A stretch of 64,000 bases of DNA, from positions 21,012-85,011 of IMG/VR virus record IMGVR_UViG_3300020473_000024. One strand, 5' to 3'. Below, piece by piece: positions 1 to 10,244 of the stretch (within the stretch, counting starts at the first letter, position 1; each line of letters begins with the position of its first letter). A model generated the notes under the pieces. That model had not been told where the DNA came from, searched no databases, and was given only the letters and a program-made list of their open reading frames with translations. The translations under genes and the position numbers were made by a program. This DNA comes from a virus.

Positions 1-182
1 TCATAACAAGCCTTAGCAATCTTATTAAAATCACCAGCTGTGATGTTAAACTTCTGTTTAGCTACATCAGCAATATTTGATTGTAGATCCTTTAAGGCAT
101 CAATCTGAGTTTGAGCGTCTTTCCACTCTTTGATGTTCCCACGGAAACCTTCATCGTTTAAAATATACCCTTGAATATTCAT
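1..182 (-). CDS. Partial small DNA-binding protein (T4 DsbA/GapR-like), runs off the window edge
   Basis: GGAG RBS, ATG at 182, open to position 1; MNIQGYILNDEGFRGNIKEWKDAQTQIDALKDLQSNIADVAKQKFNITAGDFNKIAKACY helical pattern. Confidence 0.5.
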   Translation of the reverse strand, partial: MNIQGYILNDEGFRGNIKEWKDAQTQIDALKDLQSNIADVAKQKFNITAGDFNKIAKACY

Positions 183-190
183 ATCTCTCC

Positions 191-1594
191 TTACTTCTGA
201 ATGCTAGCGTCAATTTGTAGGTCTTTAGCCGCTTTAGCTGTCATCAGTTGCATAAAGTTATCGACTGTACCTAGAGCATTACCAGCTGTGCTATCTCCAC
301 CTCCAGCAAACACAGTTTGTGGAACATTGATTTGAGAAGCCGCTGAAGCCCATTCTTTGTTAATAGCTACTAGAGCTTCAAGTTTCTGAGCCAAAGCACC
401 ATCAGCCTCTAAGATTACACGTTTCTCATAAGCTTGTGCGTCAGCCGCTACTTGTACTGCTTGTGCATCAATGCGAGCTTTATCTAGATTAATCTCAGAG
501 GTTTGTTTAGCAATCTGAGCTTCTTCACGCTGACGTTCTGCTTCGATAAGAGCCAGCTGTTTGCTTGTCTCAGCATTAGTGGTTTTTTCAATCTGCTCCA
601 CTTCTGCTTTAGCTTGACGTTTAGCAATTTCTGTTTTACCAGCTTGAATAGCTAACAGACGTTGTTCTTCTTGCTCTTTACGCTCTTCACGAGCTACGAT
701 ACGACGACTAGCGGCATCTTTACGAGCTTGGATTTGTTGCTCAAACTTATCATCTGGGTCTAAGTCTTCTAAGATTGCACTACCTACTTTGATACCAAAC
801 TGCATAAAATCATGCTGTTCACGAATAGGCATACCATTCTTACCTAACACCTTCTGCATAACAATAACTTCTTGGCTAGTGTCACCTACACTTGAAGTAT
901 TTTCAGCACCTTCCGAGTTATTTGCTGTAGCATCGGAAGACACAACACCAGTGTTAATACGCTTCTTAACTTGCTCTACAACAGCACGACCTTGTGCGAT
1001 AGTATCACGGAAATCGGTCTTAAAGTTATCTCGTTCACCACCAGCATAGTATTCTTCCATCGTGTACATGTTAGCAACGCTGTCCATTGAAGCCACTACA
1101 GCTGGTTTCAGTAGTGCAGATACAAGACGCTCAGGACTACGATACATACGAGCCATTTCTAAGAAAGCTTCTTCCTCCTGAGGGATCTCAAAACGAGTGA
1201 CTTGCTTGATATGCCCTGTCCAGTTGTCTGCCATACGGACTTTGTGTGGCGCTGATACGCTACTACCATCTGCCTGTGGGTTGTTTGTATTAGAAACTGT
1301 AATAGCCCAAGGGTATTGATTACTGTAACCAAAACCTTCAAAATACCAACCTGTAGTACAAACAGCTTTCTCACTTCCGAAAACAGTCCGAACGTGTTGA
1401 CAGTTACCACCATCGTTGTACTGAAAAGCACCACCTAGTAGCATCACTGCGGATAGAATAGAGGCGATAGAAATACCAACACTCTTAATCTTTCGTTCAA
1501 TACTATTAGCTTCTGTTTTAACAAAGAAGCCTACTGCGACTGAAACTAGAAGTAACAGAACACCCAAAATACCTAAAAACATAATATCCTCCAT
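191..1594 (-). CDS. SPFH/band-7 (flotillin-like) membrane protein
   Basis: Two N-terminal TM helices, SPFH-like core, Ala/Glu coiled coil (AQAVQVAADAQAY), VPQTVF tail. Confidence 0.8.
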   Translation of the reverse strand: MEDIMFLGILGVLLLLVSVAVGFFVKTEANSIERKIKSVGISIASILSAVMLLGGAFQYNDGGNCQHVRTVFGSEKAVCTTGWYFEGFGYSNQYPWAITVSNTNNPQADGSSVSAPHKVRMADNWTGHIKQVTRFEIPQEEEAFLEMARMYRSPERLVSALLKPAVVASMDSVANMYTMEEYYAGGERDNFKTDFRDTIAQGRAVVEQVKKRINTGVVSSDATANNSEGAENTSSVGDTSQEVIVMQKVLGKNGMPIREQHDFMQFGIKVGSAILEDLDPDDKFEQQIQARKDAASRRIVAREERKEQEEQRLLAIQAGKTEIAKRQAKAEVEQIEKTTNAETSKQLALIEAERQREEAQIAKQTSEINLDKARIDAQAVQVAADAQAYEKRVILEADGALAQKLEALVAINKEWASAASQINVPQTVFAGGGDSTAGNALGTVDNFMQLMTAKAAKDLQIDASIQK

Positions 1595-1602
1595 TTTGTA
1601 TA

Positions 1603-1620
1603 AGGGGGCTTAACAGCCCC
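1603..1620 (-). terminator. Hairpin downstream of ssb
   Basis: GGGGCT-GTTA-AGCCCC inverted repeat in the intergenic gap; weak U tract. Confidence 0.45.
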
Positions 1621-1648
1621 AATAAATTCTTTTAAAATCAACTACTTA

Positions 1649-2254
1649 TCAGAAGGGAATGTCATCATCAAAGTCGCTATCTTGGTCTGGCTGATTGTTC
1701 TGACTAGCCTGAGGGCTACTACTCTGTTGCTGTTGTTGCTGTTGCTGTGGAGCTTGCTCCTGACTACTGAATAGCTCTGGAAGGGCTTCTTTACCACCAG
1801 AGGCATACTTAAATAACACTTCCTCAGCGATTTTCACAGTGTCCTTTGCCAGATCTTCTGGTTTAGCTGTTTTCTTAGCTACTGCCGCCACTAACGTTGC
1901 CGCATAGCCCATACAGCTTTGGCGCATAATCTGATCCTGATTACCACCTGACTTGCCTTGGTAGCCACCGCCTTTGCCGCCTTTGTTACCACCCCGACCT
2001 TGATAACCGCCACCGTTTCCACCAGCTTGTTTTTTCTGGACAAGCTCTGGATTGCCTACTAGGTTGCTCCAATCATCAGGGTTATAAGTGAGTTTGATTG
2101 TATCGCCATTGTCAAAGGTTTTTGGTTTTTGCTTAATACCTAAGCTGATATTATTGTGCCAGTTGCCACTATCATCTTTAATATTGAGTTTATAAAAACC
2201 TTGTGGGTTCGGCTCTAATTTAAATACCTGACCCGTTACTGTTACATTTGCCAT
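1649..2254 (-). CDS. ssb: Single-stranded DNA-binding protein
   Basis: OB-fold-sized N-terminus, Gly/Gln-rich linker, acidic C-terminus DFDDDIPF. Confidence 0.75.
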   Translation of the reverse strand: MANVTVTGQVFKLEPNPQGFYKLNIKDDSGNWHNNISLGIKQKPKTFDNGDTIKLTYNPDDWSNLVGNPELVQKKQAGGNGGGYQGRGGNKGGKGGGYQGKSGGNQDQIMRQSCMGYAATLVAAVAKKTAKPEDLAKDTVKIAEEVLFKYASGGKEALPELFSSQEQAPQQQQQQQQSSSPQASQNNQPDQDSDFDDDIPF

Positions 2255-2259
2255 ACTGA

Positions 2260-2418
2260 TTACTCTCCTTTCTCTTCTTCACGTTTCGTTTTGTTGTAAG
2301 GTCGTTTATAATTACCTCCCTTACCCTTGCCACTGTTGTTAGGATTGCCCCAACGATGAGATAAGAATACTTCTAGGAAGTCCTTTTCTCGCTGTTTCTT
2401 AGTGCTTGTATATGTCAT
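2260..2418 (-). CDS. Small basic hypothetical protein (52 aa, not in ORF track)
   Basis: GAGGAGG RBS; MTYTSTKKQREKDFLEVFLSHRWGNPNN...; directly downstream of a promoter. Confidence 0.6.
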   Translation of the reverse strand: MTYTSTKKQREKDFLEVFLSHRWGNPNNSGKGKGGNYKRPYNKTKREEEKGE

Positions 2419-2450
2419 TATACCTCCTCTGCTTCAATAAAGTGACAGGT

Positions 2451-2478
2451 AGTATACCACACAATAAACTCCTGTCAA
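2451..2478 (-). promoter_or_regulatory. Sigma70-type promoter
   Basis: TTGACA-16 nt-TATACT with TGTGG before the -10 box. Confidence 0.7.
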
Positions 2479-2492
2479 CCCCTATTTATAAA

Positions 2493-3342
2493 TTAATGGC
2501 ACTGCGCCCAGTTGCGCCCCAGCTGGTAGCCAGCGGTGAGGTCAACACGTAAGTTATAGAACTTACCTCCTTCTTCGATAGACTTAACTGCTAACTCTCC
2601 AGCTCTGCTGTAGCCACACCACCAAACTCCGTTGGCGTGTCCGATATCACTAAACACCTTCCCTGTAGATTCCTCCATCTGAGCCTTCCACTCCTCAGCT
2701 TCTTCCTCAGACTTGAATGACTTAATCTTAACGTTACGGGTGTGCTCTTCCATCTGACTTTCATCATGGTAAAATATGATAGCCTCAGCTTCAAGGTTTT
2801 CATCTCTCACCCAACGATCCCAGTAGACAGCGGCACGTTTCATACAGATAACGCCAGCTGATTGGAATAAAGTATTTACTAGGCTGTGTCTAGAACGAGC
2901 CATAAGCTTTCTTCCATCAACACCCACTATAAACTTCTTATCGTTGTCTGTCCAGTGTTTTTCTAATGCTTTCTTTAAAAGAGCAAGAGGCTTAGAAGCT
3001 TCCCAAAATGCGTTGAATACACGTTGAGCATGATCCAAACTCCATCCCATTTGTTTAGCAATCTTAGGTGGTTGAGCACCATAAGAGGAGCTATACTTTA
3101 ATACTTTAGCACTATCCCGATCCACCCCCATTTTTTCAGCATTAACAGAATGTATGTCGTGTGGCTTAGGAGATACCAGTGCTTTGGCATACTCCTTCCC
3201 GTTGTAAGGAAGACAATAGTGAGCCTCTACACGAGCTTCCAAACCATCAGCATCACAACCTATCTGAACACTACCTTTTGGAACACAGAACATGCTCCTC
3301 ATAGGCTCTCCATACAAACTCGTAACACGGGGGATATTTGCA
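2493..3342 (-). CDS. DNA polymerase family A, exon 2 (polymerase domain)
   Basis: Motifs DADGLEAR (A), AKVLKYSSSYG (B), YHDE (C); frame extends to ANIPRVTSLYGEPMR at the 3' splice site. Confidence 0.92.
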
Positions 3343-3350
3343 CTTTATAT

Positions 3351-4250
3351 TCACTCAAAGTCGCTAGCTTTGAGCCGTTCTCGTAAGCAAGAATGAAAGT
3401 ATCTCCGAGTTGTTATCTCTTGTATCTTAAGTTCTTTAGAGATGTCTCCAAGAGATTTACCCTCTAGGAACATCCTTACTATAATACAACCCAGTTCATC
3501 TTTTGTATAACCCAGATCAGTTGCTACTAGAAACCTTCTATTACCTTTGTCTAGATAACATCCTAACAACCTTCTAGCAGAGAAGTAGCCAATATTCATG
3601 GTCTTAGATATCTTCGTTAAAGTAGCACCTAAGGCATACATCTTTCTAACAACATAAGGATCTGTGTTATTGATCTCTTGATTGAATAGAGACATGTCTT
3701 GTTTGCTTATGTAGACTTTTGCAAAATGCCTGTGTCTACCAAGATCCCTAGATATTTTTGCGAAAGAGTACCCCTTTAGTGACTGCTTGTAAATAAACTC
3801 TGCAAGAAAAGAGGAATCTTTAAACCCTAGCGACTCTGCTGTCCTGTCCCTTTTTGAAGAGGAACTCTTACAGTTGGCGACATCTTTCAATGTCTCTCCA
3901 TACCTGTTAACAACCTTGTCTTGCGCCATTGTGTGCAAAGATTGATTACAGAGATTATAGTAGAGAGGGTTATTTGCGGCATCAACTTGCTCCAACAACT
4001 CCACTTCTTTTTTGGCAACAGCTTCTCTACTACCTTTAAAGAGGACTTCAACAGAGAATCTATCTCCTCTAGAGAAATCTTTAAAATACTGGACACTGGC
4101 AGAGCTAGACCAATATTCTTTATCCTCTCTGTTACACCAAATAATCTCCTCTCCCTCGATAGAGACAATATCACATTCTTGTTTCATACCTATGTAATAT
4201 TTAGGTTTCGCGTCTTCTCTTTTATTAACTAATCTGTATACAATATTCAT
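3351..4250 (-). CDS. Intron-encoded GIY-YIG homing endonuclease with C-terminal HTH repeats
   Basis: N-terminal IVY...YYIG, downstream E and YN motifs; repeated HTH-like segments; AGGAG RBS after P9. Confidence 0.8.
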   Translation of the reverse strand: MNIVYRLVNKREDAKPKYYIGMKQECDIVSIEGEEIIWCNREDKEYWSSSASVQYFKDFSRGDRFSVEVLFKGSREAVAKKEVELLEQVDAANNPLYYNLCNQSLHTMAQDKVVNRYGETLKDVANCKSSSSKRDRTAESLGFKDSSFLAEFIYKQSLKGYSFAKISRDLGRHRHFAKVYISKQDMSLFNQEINNTDPYVVRKMYALGATLTKISKTMNIGYFSARRLLGCYLDKGNRRFLVATDLGYTKDELGCIIVRMFLEGKSLGDISKELKIQEITTRRYFHSCLRERLKASDFE

Positions 4251-4329
4251 TCTTGCTCCTAACTGCTTACAGTTTCCTGTAAGAATAGACTATATCTTTG
4301 GTATATTAATAATAAACCGACTTACTATT

Positions 4330-4358
4330 ATTATACCACAGCCTGTTTCGATTGTCAA
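4330..4358 (-). promoter_or_regulatory. Consensus sigma70 promoter inside the intron ribozyme core, upstream of the endonuclease ORF
   Basis: TTGACA(4358-4353)-17 nt-TATAAT(4335-4330). Confidence 0.75.
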
Positions 4359-4563
4359 TGTTCTATAAGAACAGGAGCTTACAATCTACGCCTTACGGCT
4401 AGTCGTTGAACCTTCTCCTATTCGGAGCTTGGCGGCTGATCACCCAATCTTCTACATTTTCAGACATTCACGCCTAGGCTTATTTCATCCTTACGTTGTA
4501 GTTGTAGAAGCTCTAAGGGCTTCCCAGCAATTAAAGCTGTTTTTTACGTGAGGCTAGCAATTA

Positions 4564-6188
4564 ACCACACGGTGTTGGAAACGCGATGTGTTGCACCCGC
4601 ATGTATCCGCTGACGTAGGCAATCTACCATCATACTCCAGACGTGGATGGGCTAGGAAGCCTGTTCCATTAGGACTTAGTATGCTATTGCGTCTATGGCG
4701 GTAAGTCAACCAATGAACAATATCCTTGACATAAGCATATCTCTTACCCAACAACTCCAAGTTAGGGCAAAGCTTCTCCTTGTCGTCTCCATCAGTGTAA
4801 ATAGGCTGTGTAATAACCTTAAGGGGTCGAGAGAGATCGTGGTTTATCAGCTTATCTCTCATCTCCGCAATAGAGTTGACTTTTAAATGTTCTAATCGGA
4901 AAGGCTCTAGAGGACTATCTTTTGTCTCATCTATGTACCTCTCACAACTCTCTAGGAACTTAACACGGTCTAGTTTACGTTTCTTGCTGTCAAGAGTCAG
5001 GTCTTTATCTTTAAACGCAATAGGATTCCACCCCTGCCCTACAAGGTAAGATTTAATATCCCCTTGGTTAGCCAAGCGCATAGGCTCAGTCATAGGAGGC
5101 ATTTTCTTATCCTTAAGATCCTTTAAAGCCTGTTCCATCATCTCAGGGGGTAGAGGTTGCATTTCACCTTTCTCCCTGCTCTTCCTAATAAAATCTGGCA
5201 TGTCCTCTGGGTCAGTGATACCAGCTTGTTCACAGTATCTCTCCCCAGCCTTACTAATCGATCCATCTTGTTTAAAAGCTGTCTTAGGAGGAGCTTTAAA
5301 CTTAAGTACCTCGTTGTCCACAGGATACCCCAACTTCTCCAACCACGACCAACCATGACTACTAATCTCCCCATTGTCGGTGAAAGGTTTAGCAGGATAA
5401 CTAGGCTGTCTACTAGGAGGTAGTGGTCTAGGAGGTAATTTAGGCTCTACAACAGACTCTAATCGTTCCATTTCAGCATTAAGCCACTCCAAGTTTTCTT
5501 TGGCTAGCTGTTGGTCAAAAAAGAAGCCCTTTTCCTCACTACGTGATACTATCTCAGCAATAGCTTTTTCAACCCAATAGGCTTGATCCCAGTTCCAATT
5601 ACCTTTCTCTTGGATGAGGTATTGGTAGACTTTCTCGTTTACTTCCACATCTCGAATACAATATTCGAGCATTTCAGGGTGGTATACAGCAAACTCAGCA
5701 CCCTTGGGGTCACTGGGTGACACTAATCCCAACTCTTCGGCTTTAGCTCTCCAGTCAATCTTAGGCAATCCTAAAATCTTACCAAAGTCGTCTATTGAGT
5801 GACCCAACCTATCTGGGTTCAATGTTTTAGACAGCACAAGGGTGTCTTCAATAAAACAAGGCGATCCCTCTATTGTGTCCTCTAATGACCAATTATTAGC
5901 CTCAGCCTCTTTAGGATCACAGGTATCGGCTACTGTGAAACTAATGCCTAGTAGCTTACTACAAGCTCTTAAGTCATAGTTAATTATGTTGTGACCTATT
6001 AGGACAGAACACTTCTTCAAAAACTTGCTGAACATATTCAAAGGGAACTCACACTCAGGGTGATCCCCGAATGTGAAGATCTCCTTCGTATCAATATCTT
6101 TAGCAACAATACAGTGTATTTCTGTAATAGGATCTTCAACGTTAAGTAAGCCATTACCTTCTATATCAAATACGGCTCTTCTTCCCAT
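4564..6188 (-). CDS. DNA polymerase family A, exon 1 (3'-5' exonuclease domain); spliced product about 824 aa
   Basis: ExoI FDIEGNG, ExoII GHNIINYD, ExoIII YCIRDV; AGGAG RBS before ATG 6188. Confidence 0.92.
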
Positions 6189-6198
6189 CTCAATCTCC

Positions 6199-7836
6199 TT
6201 AAAAATCTGCTTCTGCATTCTCAAGCAAACCTGTTGTATCATTCATCTGGAATATATCAGCTATTCCTAGATAACCCCAAGGTCTGTTTTTAAGAACACT
6301 CCATCTCACTCTACCACGGCTCTTGTCTGGCATGATCTCAGGCTCTAGACCTAGTACAATCCACGATAATTGCTCCAGACCTGAAGCTCCTTTAAGATCT
6401 TCTTTTCTAACATTAACCCAGAAAGGCTCATTCTCCTTACCCTTTGGTGGTCTGAAGTCTTGAACAATATTTCGGTTAAGGTGGCTTACAGCTATAATCC
6501 CTAGGTCATGTGATGCCACATAAGCCGCAAGCTCTACCATCGTTTTCTCTAGAGCGCTACGCTCATCGTTAGTGCCAAGTCCTGTCACTAGCATAGAGAG
6601 GTGGTCTAGGATTATGAAGTCAACATTATAAAGGTAGTGGAAGTTATTAATCTTCTTCATCAAATCTTCTAGAGGAATGCTTCCAAAATGATCCAAGAAT
6701 ACAAACTTATCTTCGTCTCTACACCAATCATAAGCCTCTTTAAGCCGTTCATCATCAGCAAAGCTTTTAGGATCTTTCTTAAAGTGGTTGTAATTGACTT
6801 CTAGGTAACGAGCACCCATCCTCTGTAGTGTTTCGTCAGTCTCTTCCTCTAAGAAAATCATCCCCACCTTATGACCTTGCTCCGCTAAATGGTAGGCTAT
6901 CTCAGCTGTAGTGGTTGACTTGCCAGCACCAGAAGGAGCTGTAATAACTGTCAACTCTCTTACACGGAAGCCGTGGATCTTCTCCATAAGCCGAGGAAAT
7001 GTAGGAACATAAACACCCTCTTCTCTTTTCCGTGTAAATGCCTCAAAACCAATATCTGAGGCTGTTACTACCTTATCGGCTTGGTACTTAACCCAACCAA
7101 AAGAAAGCATCTTTGTGAGCTTTTCACTGCCTTCTTCGAGGTAAACATCGTTAGGATCTTTCTGGTTAGATTTAGTCCAATCTAAAACAACAACATCACT
7201 AGATAGGAGACTTGAGGCAACATTATCAGTACACTCCTTACCTCGGACAATGTGCTTTTTCTTCTCTCGCTCTGTTGCGGAGTCATTATCAAAAGCTAGA
7301 CGAATTTCTCCAAATTTAGATATGAAGTCCCCGTTAGCATGGATAGAATCAACTGCATTAGCCGCCCCACAATTTAATCCAACAACGTAAGGTCTCATCC
7401 CTACATATTTAGAAGTTGAATCAGCCCACTCAGCTAAAGCTTGGTAGGAGATAAGGGTGTCTTCCTCTCCTTCTACAATAATCACATTCTTCATAGGTCT
7501 GTCGTTTGTTTCAGCTAGTTGCTGACCAAACAGCTTACAGTTTACACCCACCTTACCTATAGCTGTGATATAATATCTATCCGATTTCTCTAGTGTAAGA
7601 TCTTTTTTCTTCCAACCAGACAGCTTATTCTTCTGATCGTAGTAGGGGAAGTATATTGCCTGTGGTGTCTCTCCATCCTCGGAGGATACAGACATTCTTA
7701 CATTAAATTTGGTCGTTGTTTCTTTTGAAATACCTCGGTGGGTGAGGTCTGCGATAGGTAGTTTAGATACACTTTCTACGGTTTCTTTAGTTCTTGTCAC
7801 TTTTACACTGCTTCCTTTATTCTTGAAGTACCCCAT
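6199..7836 (-). CDS. DNA primase-helicase (TOPRIM plus DnaB-like, T7 gp4 type)
   Basis: VEGEED, AFDND, KDPND TOPRIM motifs; Walker A APSGAGKS; IILDHLS; VSHLNR; KNR. Confidence 0.9.
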   Translation of the reverse strand: MGYFKNKGSSVKVTRTKETVESVSKLPIADLTHRGISKETTTKFNVRMSVSSEDGETPQAIYFPYYDQKNKLSGWKKKDLTLEKSDRYYITAIGKVGVNCKLFGQQLAETNDRPMKNVIIVEGEEDTLISYQALAEWADSTSKYVGMRPYVVGLNCGAANAVDSIHANGDFISKFGEIRLAFDNDSATEREKKKHIVRGKECTDNVASSLLSSDVVVLDWTKSNQKDPNDVYLEEGSEKLTKMLSFGWVKYQADKVVTASDIGFEAFTRKREEGVYVPTFPRLMEKIHGFRVRELTVITAPSGAGKSTTTAEIAYHLAEQGHKVGMIFLEEETDETLQRMGARYLEVNYNHFKKDPKSFADDERLKEAYDWCRDEDKFVFLDHFGSIPLEDLMKKINNFHYLYNVDFIILDHLSMLVTGLGTNDERSALEKTMVELAAYVASHDLGIIAVSHLNRNIVQDFRPPKGKENEPFWVNVRKEDLKGASGLEQLSWIVLGLEPEIMPDKSRGRVRWSVLKNRPWGYLGIADIFQMNDTTGLLENAEADF

Positions 7837-7965
7837 GTTTCTCTTTAAGCTCCTTATTGATCTCAGCCAACTCTTCTAGCGTCCTCATCTTTTCTTTTTC
7901 AATAATACGGAGATAGTCAGAGAGAACATCCTTTCTGTATTGCAACTCTTTCTTTTTGTTGTGCA

Positions 7966-8274
7966 TTAGCCATCCTCACAAAAGTAGCTTGAGTAGTCCA
8001 TCTCTTCAGCGATAAGTCGCTCTATTTCCTGTTGGTCTTCAACACAAAGTAGTGAGTAAAATGTATCCTCTTCCCATTCGGAGAAGTCCAGTTGTGTGTC
8101 ATCCTCTCGCTCGACCATAGCACTGATAAAGTCGAAGGTGATAGAACTCTCTGTCTTTAACGTTAATGTTGACTCATCAACAATAGCTGGATCAAACGAG
8201 GTTACAACAACCTCTATTTCAATACTAGAAAAGCCCTCAGTTGAAGGGCTTCCTAATTCTAAATCTAACTTCAT
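7966..8274 (-). CDS. Acidic hypothetical protein
   Basis: AGGAG RBS, co-oriented and tightly packed. Confidence 0.65.
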   Translation of the reverse strand: MKLDLELGSPSTEGFSSIEIEVVVTSFDPAIVDESTLTLKTESSITFDFISAMVEREDDTQLDFSEWEEDTFYSLLCVEDQQEIERLIAEEMDYSSYFCEDG

Positions 8275-8282
8275 AAAACTCC

Positions 8283-8669
8283 TTACTTTTCAAAACTGTG
8301 AATTAGTTCAGCTTTCTCTTTAAAGTCTTCATTAACTTCCCTTACATCTGCTCTAATGTAGACATAGAGTTTACAAAACCGTTCTGCTAATTCTTTCTCC
8401 ATATCTTCACTGTAGGAAATAGGAGTAAGGGCGTACTTACCTTTACTAACATTAACCAAGACAGCCTTACCCTTATAAAAGTAGAGATCATATCTATCCT
8501 TACTCTCCTCTTTTTGCTTAGGAGTTATCTCCGCTATCTCTTCATCGCTTAGATTCAGGTTTACAATCTCCCCTGAACTATCACGAGCCTCCACCTTGTA
8601 GTAGGTGAGTCCATCTTTTTCGTAAAGTGTCTTTATAATCTTTACAAACGTATATTCACTTTCTTTCAT
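8283..8669 (-). CDS. Hypothetical protein
   Basis: GGAG RBS before MKESE at 8669. Confidence 0.6.
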   Translation of the reverse strand: MKESEYTFVKIIKTLYEKDGLTYYKVEARDSSGEIVNLNLSDEEIAEITPKQKEESKDRYDLYFYKGKAVLVNVSKGKYALTPISYSEDMEKELAERFCKLYVYIRADVREVNEDFKEKAELIHSFEK

Positions 8670-8958
8670 CGTCTTCTCCCGAACATTGATCAATAGAATA
8701 AACACTTTCTTTTAGCTTTGTCCTTATGGTGGGAATGGCGTCTAGCTTGATCATCTCCCATTCGCTAGAATAGCCATCGATATCTCGCTCGATAACCACC
8801 TCTGCTCCTTCAAAATCAGTAATGTTAACATAGACGGATGCCTCTGTCAACCAGATCTTTTCAATATACACAAAAGCGCCTAACACACCTAACGAGAATA
8901 CGCCTAGTGTGTATAACACCCAGCTAAATAACTTTTCCACGGCACTTCTCCTTATCAA
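8656..8958 (-). CDS. Hypothetical membrane protein
   Basis: N-terminal hydrophobic helix; start uncertain. Confidence 0.55.
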   Translation of the reverse strand: MIRRSAVEKLFSWVLYTLGVFSLGVLGAFVYIEKIWLTEASVYVNITDFEGAEVVIERDIDGYSSEWEMIKLDAIPTIRTKLKESVYSIDQCSGEDDERK

Positions 8959-9106
8959 GAGCGTCTGATAAAAGGTCTACTTGCTCCTGAAGGATTTCTT
9001 TCTCGTGCTCAGACCAAGCCAGCTCTTCTTGTAAGCGAGAAATAGTCTCATCTTTGTTCTGAAGAATATCAACATACAGTTGTGTTAGATCAAAATATCT
9101 AGACAT
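8924..9106 (-). CDS. Coiled-coil hypothetical protein
   Basis: AGGAGG RBS before MSRYF. Confidence 0.6.
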   Translation of the reverse strand: MSRYFDLTQLYVDILQNKDETISRLQEELAWSEHEKEILQEQVDLLSDALDKEKCRGKVI

Positions 9107-9242
9107 AACTCCTCCTATTTGTTTATAGCCCACCCTACATCGAGCCTAGGGTAGGTGAATGTCGTCAACAAACCATAGTGTACAGAAATGCTATAATAAA
9201 TGCAACATAATAAAAGAATCTTTTTAATAATCACTCACCATC

Positions 9243-9668
9243 CTAATCGTTGCGGATTTTGTTGGCGTAATCGATTAAGTCCTCGTAGTCAACAAGCTCC
9301 TTGTATTTGTATACATTACTATGACTCTCAAGGTCTTGCTCGTACTTTAATTCTTCTGCCGCTTTTTCAATCACCTTGGCATCATGCTCGGCTAGGCTGG
9401 TTTTTGGTAGGGACACTAAGTACTCACATACGAATGTACTAAATTTAGTAGCTGAACTATCCCCGTACCACATTTCATTACGTATTTTGTTAAAAACTAC
9501 CGCCAACTCATCACGCTCGCGTTCTAACTCAGTGAGTTTACTCACTACCTCTGCATTTTTTCGCTCAAGGTCTGCGGTGCGTTGTTGGAGTTCGACTAGA
9601 CGATTGGCTACATCGTGCTCGCAGTTAATACGCAACTCATTTATCAATTCTTCCATTGTGTTAGTCAT
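9243..9668 (-). CDS. Coiled-coil hypothetical protein
   Basis: AGGAGAACACCA-ATG start. Confidence 0.65.
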   Translation of the reverse strand: MTNTMEELINELRINCEHDVANRLVELQQRTADLERKNAEVVSKLTELERERDELAVVFNKIRNEMWYGDSSATKFSTFVCEYLVSLPKTSLAEHDAKVIEKAAEELKYEQDLESHSNVYKYKELVDYEDLIDYANKIRND

Positions 9669-9829
9669 TGGTGTTCTCCTGATTTTTTATCTTGCATATC
9701 TCTAAAGCTGTCTGGTAGTCGTTTAGAGTCATATATGTAGCGCCTAACTTGTTGTCGTAGATAACCAAATCGTCACAAACACAAGTTTCAGGATGGCAGG
9801 AGCAATTATTACCCTTAACTTCGTACCTT

Positions 9830-10099
9830 TCACTCATCATCTTGCTCCTTTAGGGTATTCTTGCCCAAAATTTCATCTTTCTCAAGTTGTCTTATCGCGG
9901 TGTCAATAACACTCAACACTTGAGGTCTATAATGTATTTTTGTTAAGTATTTTACTTTTTGTCTTAACTCCTGCACAGCATCAATACGCGCTTGCTTGAT
10001 TGCGGCTAGGTGGTCTTTTAGTTCTACCATTTCTTTAACCCAATCGGCATCAACATCATGCGTCATAATAGCTACTGTATGCGTCTTAATCTTGCTCAT
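9830..10099 (-). CDS. Hypothetical protein
   Basis: GGAGAACACCA-ATG start at MSKIK. Confidence 0.6.
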   Translation of the reverse strand: MSKIKTHTVAIMTHDVDADWVKEMVELKDHLAAIKQARIDAVQELRQKVKYLTKIHYRPQVLSVIDTAIRQLEKDEILGKNTLKEQDDE

Positions 10100-10244
10100 T
10101 GGTGTTCTCCATAATCCTGATACAATCATCTAACGCTTTGTTGTATAATTTATCCCCATGCCAAACAGGATTTTTAATGCGTAGCTTGTTTATCTTCCGT
10201 TTGTAGACAAACTTGTAAACTTGTAGCAAAGTCCAGTTAATCAT
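10086..10244 (-). CDS. Small basic hypothetical protein
   Basis: GGAGAACACTG-ATG start at MINWT. Confidence 0.5.
   Translation of the reverse strand: MINWTLLQVYKFVYKRKINKLRIKNPVWHGDKLYNKALDDCIRIMENTNEQD

Larger units (their letters stand above)
3343..4563 (-). mobile_element. Group I self-splicing intron (IA-like) in the DNA polymerase gene, 1221 nt
   Basis: Exon ends in U and intron ends in G; P AATTGCTGGGAAG, Q GATCAGCCG, R GTTCAACGACTA, S AAGATATAGTC; P1 CGUGUGGU/GCCUCACG; P9 CTTACAG-GAAA-CTGTAAG; splicing restores HRVVANIPR in frame. Confidence 0.92.

Noticed and set aside
862-869. Isolated TACAGCAA copy in the SPFH gene
   Set aside because: Within coding sequence with no flanking helix seen; compatible with chance.
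2493-6242. Polymerase pseudogene or two separate polymerase genes
   Set aside because: Group I core elements and an in-frame splice junction explain the split; the stop at 4554 is inside the intron.
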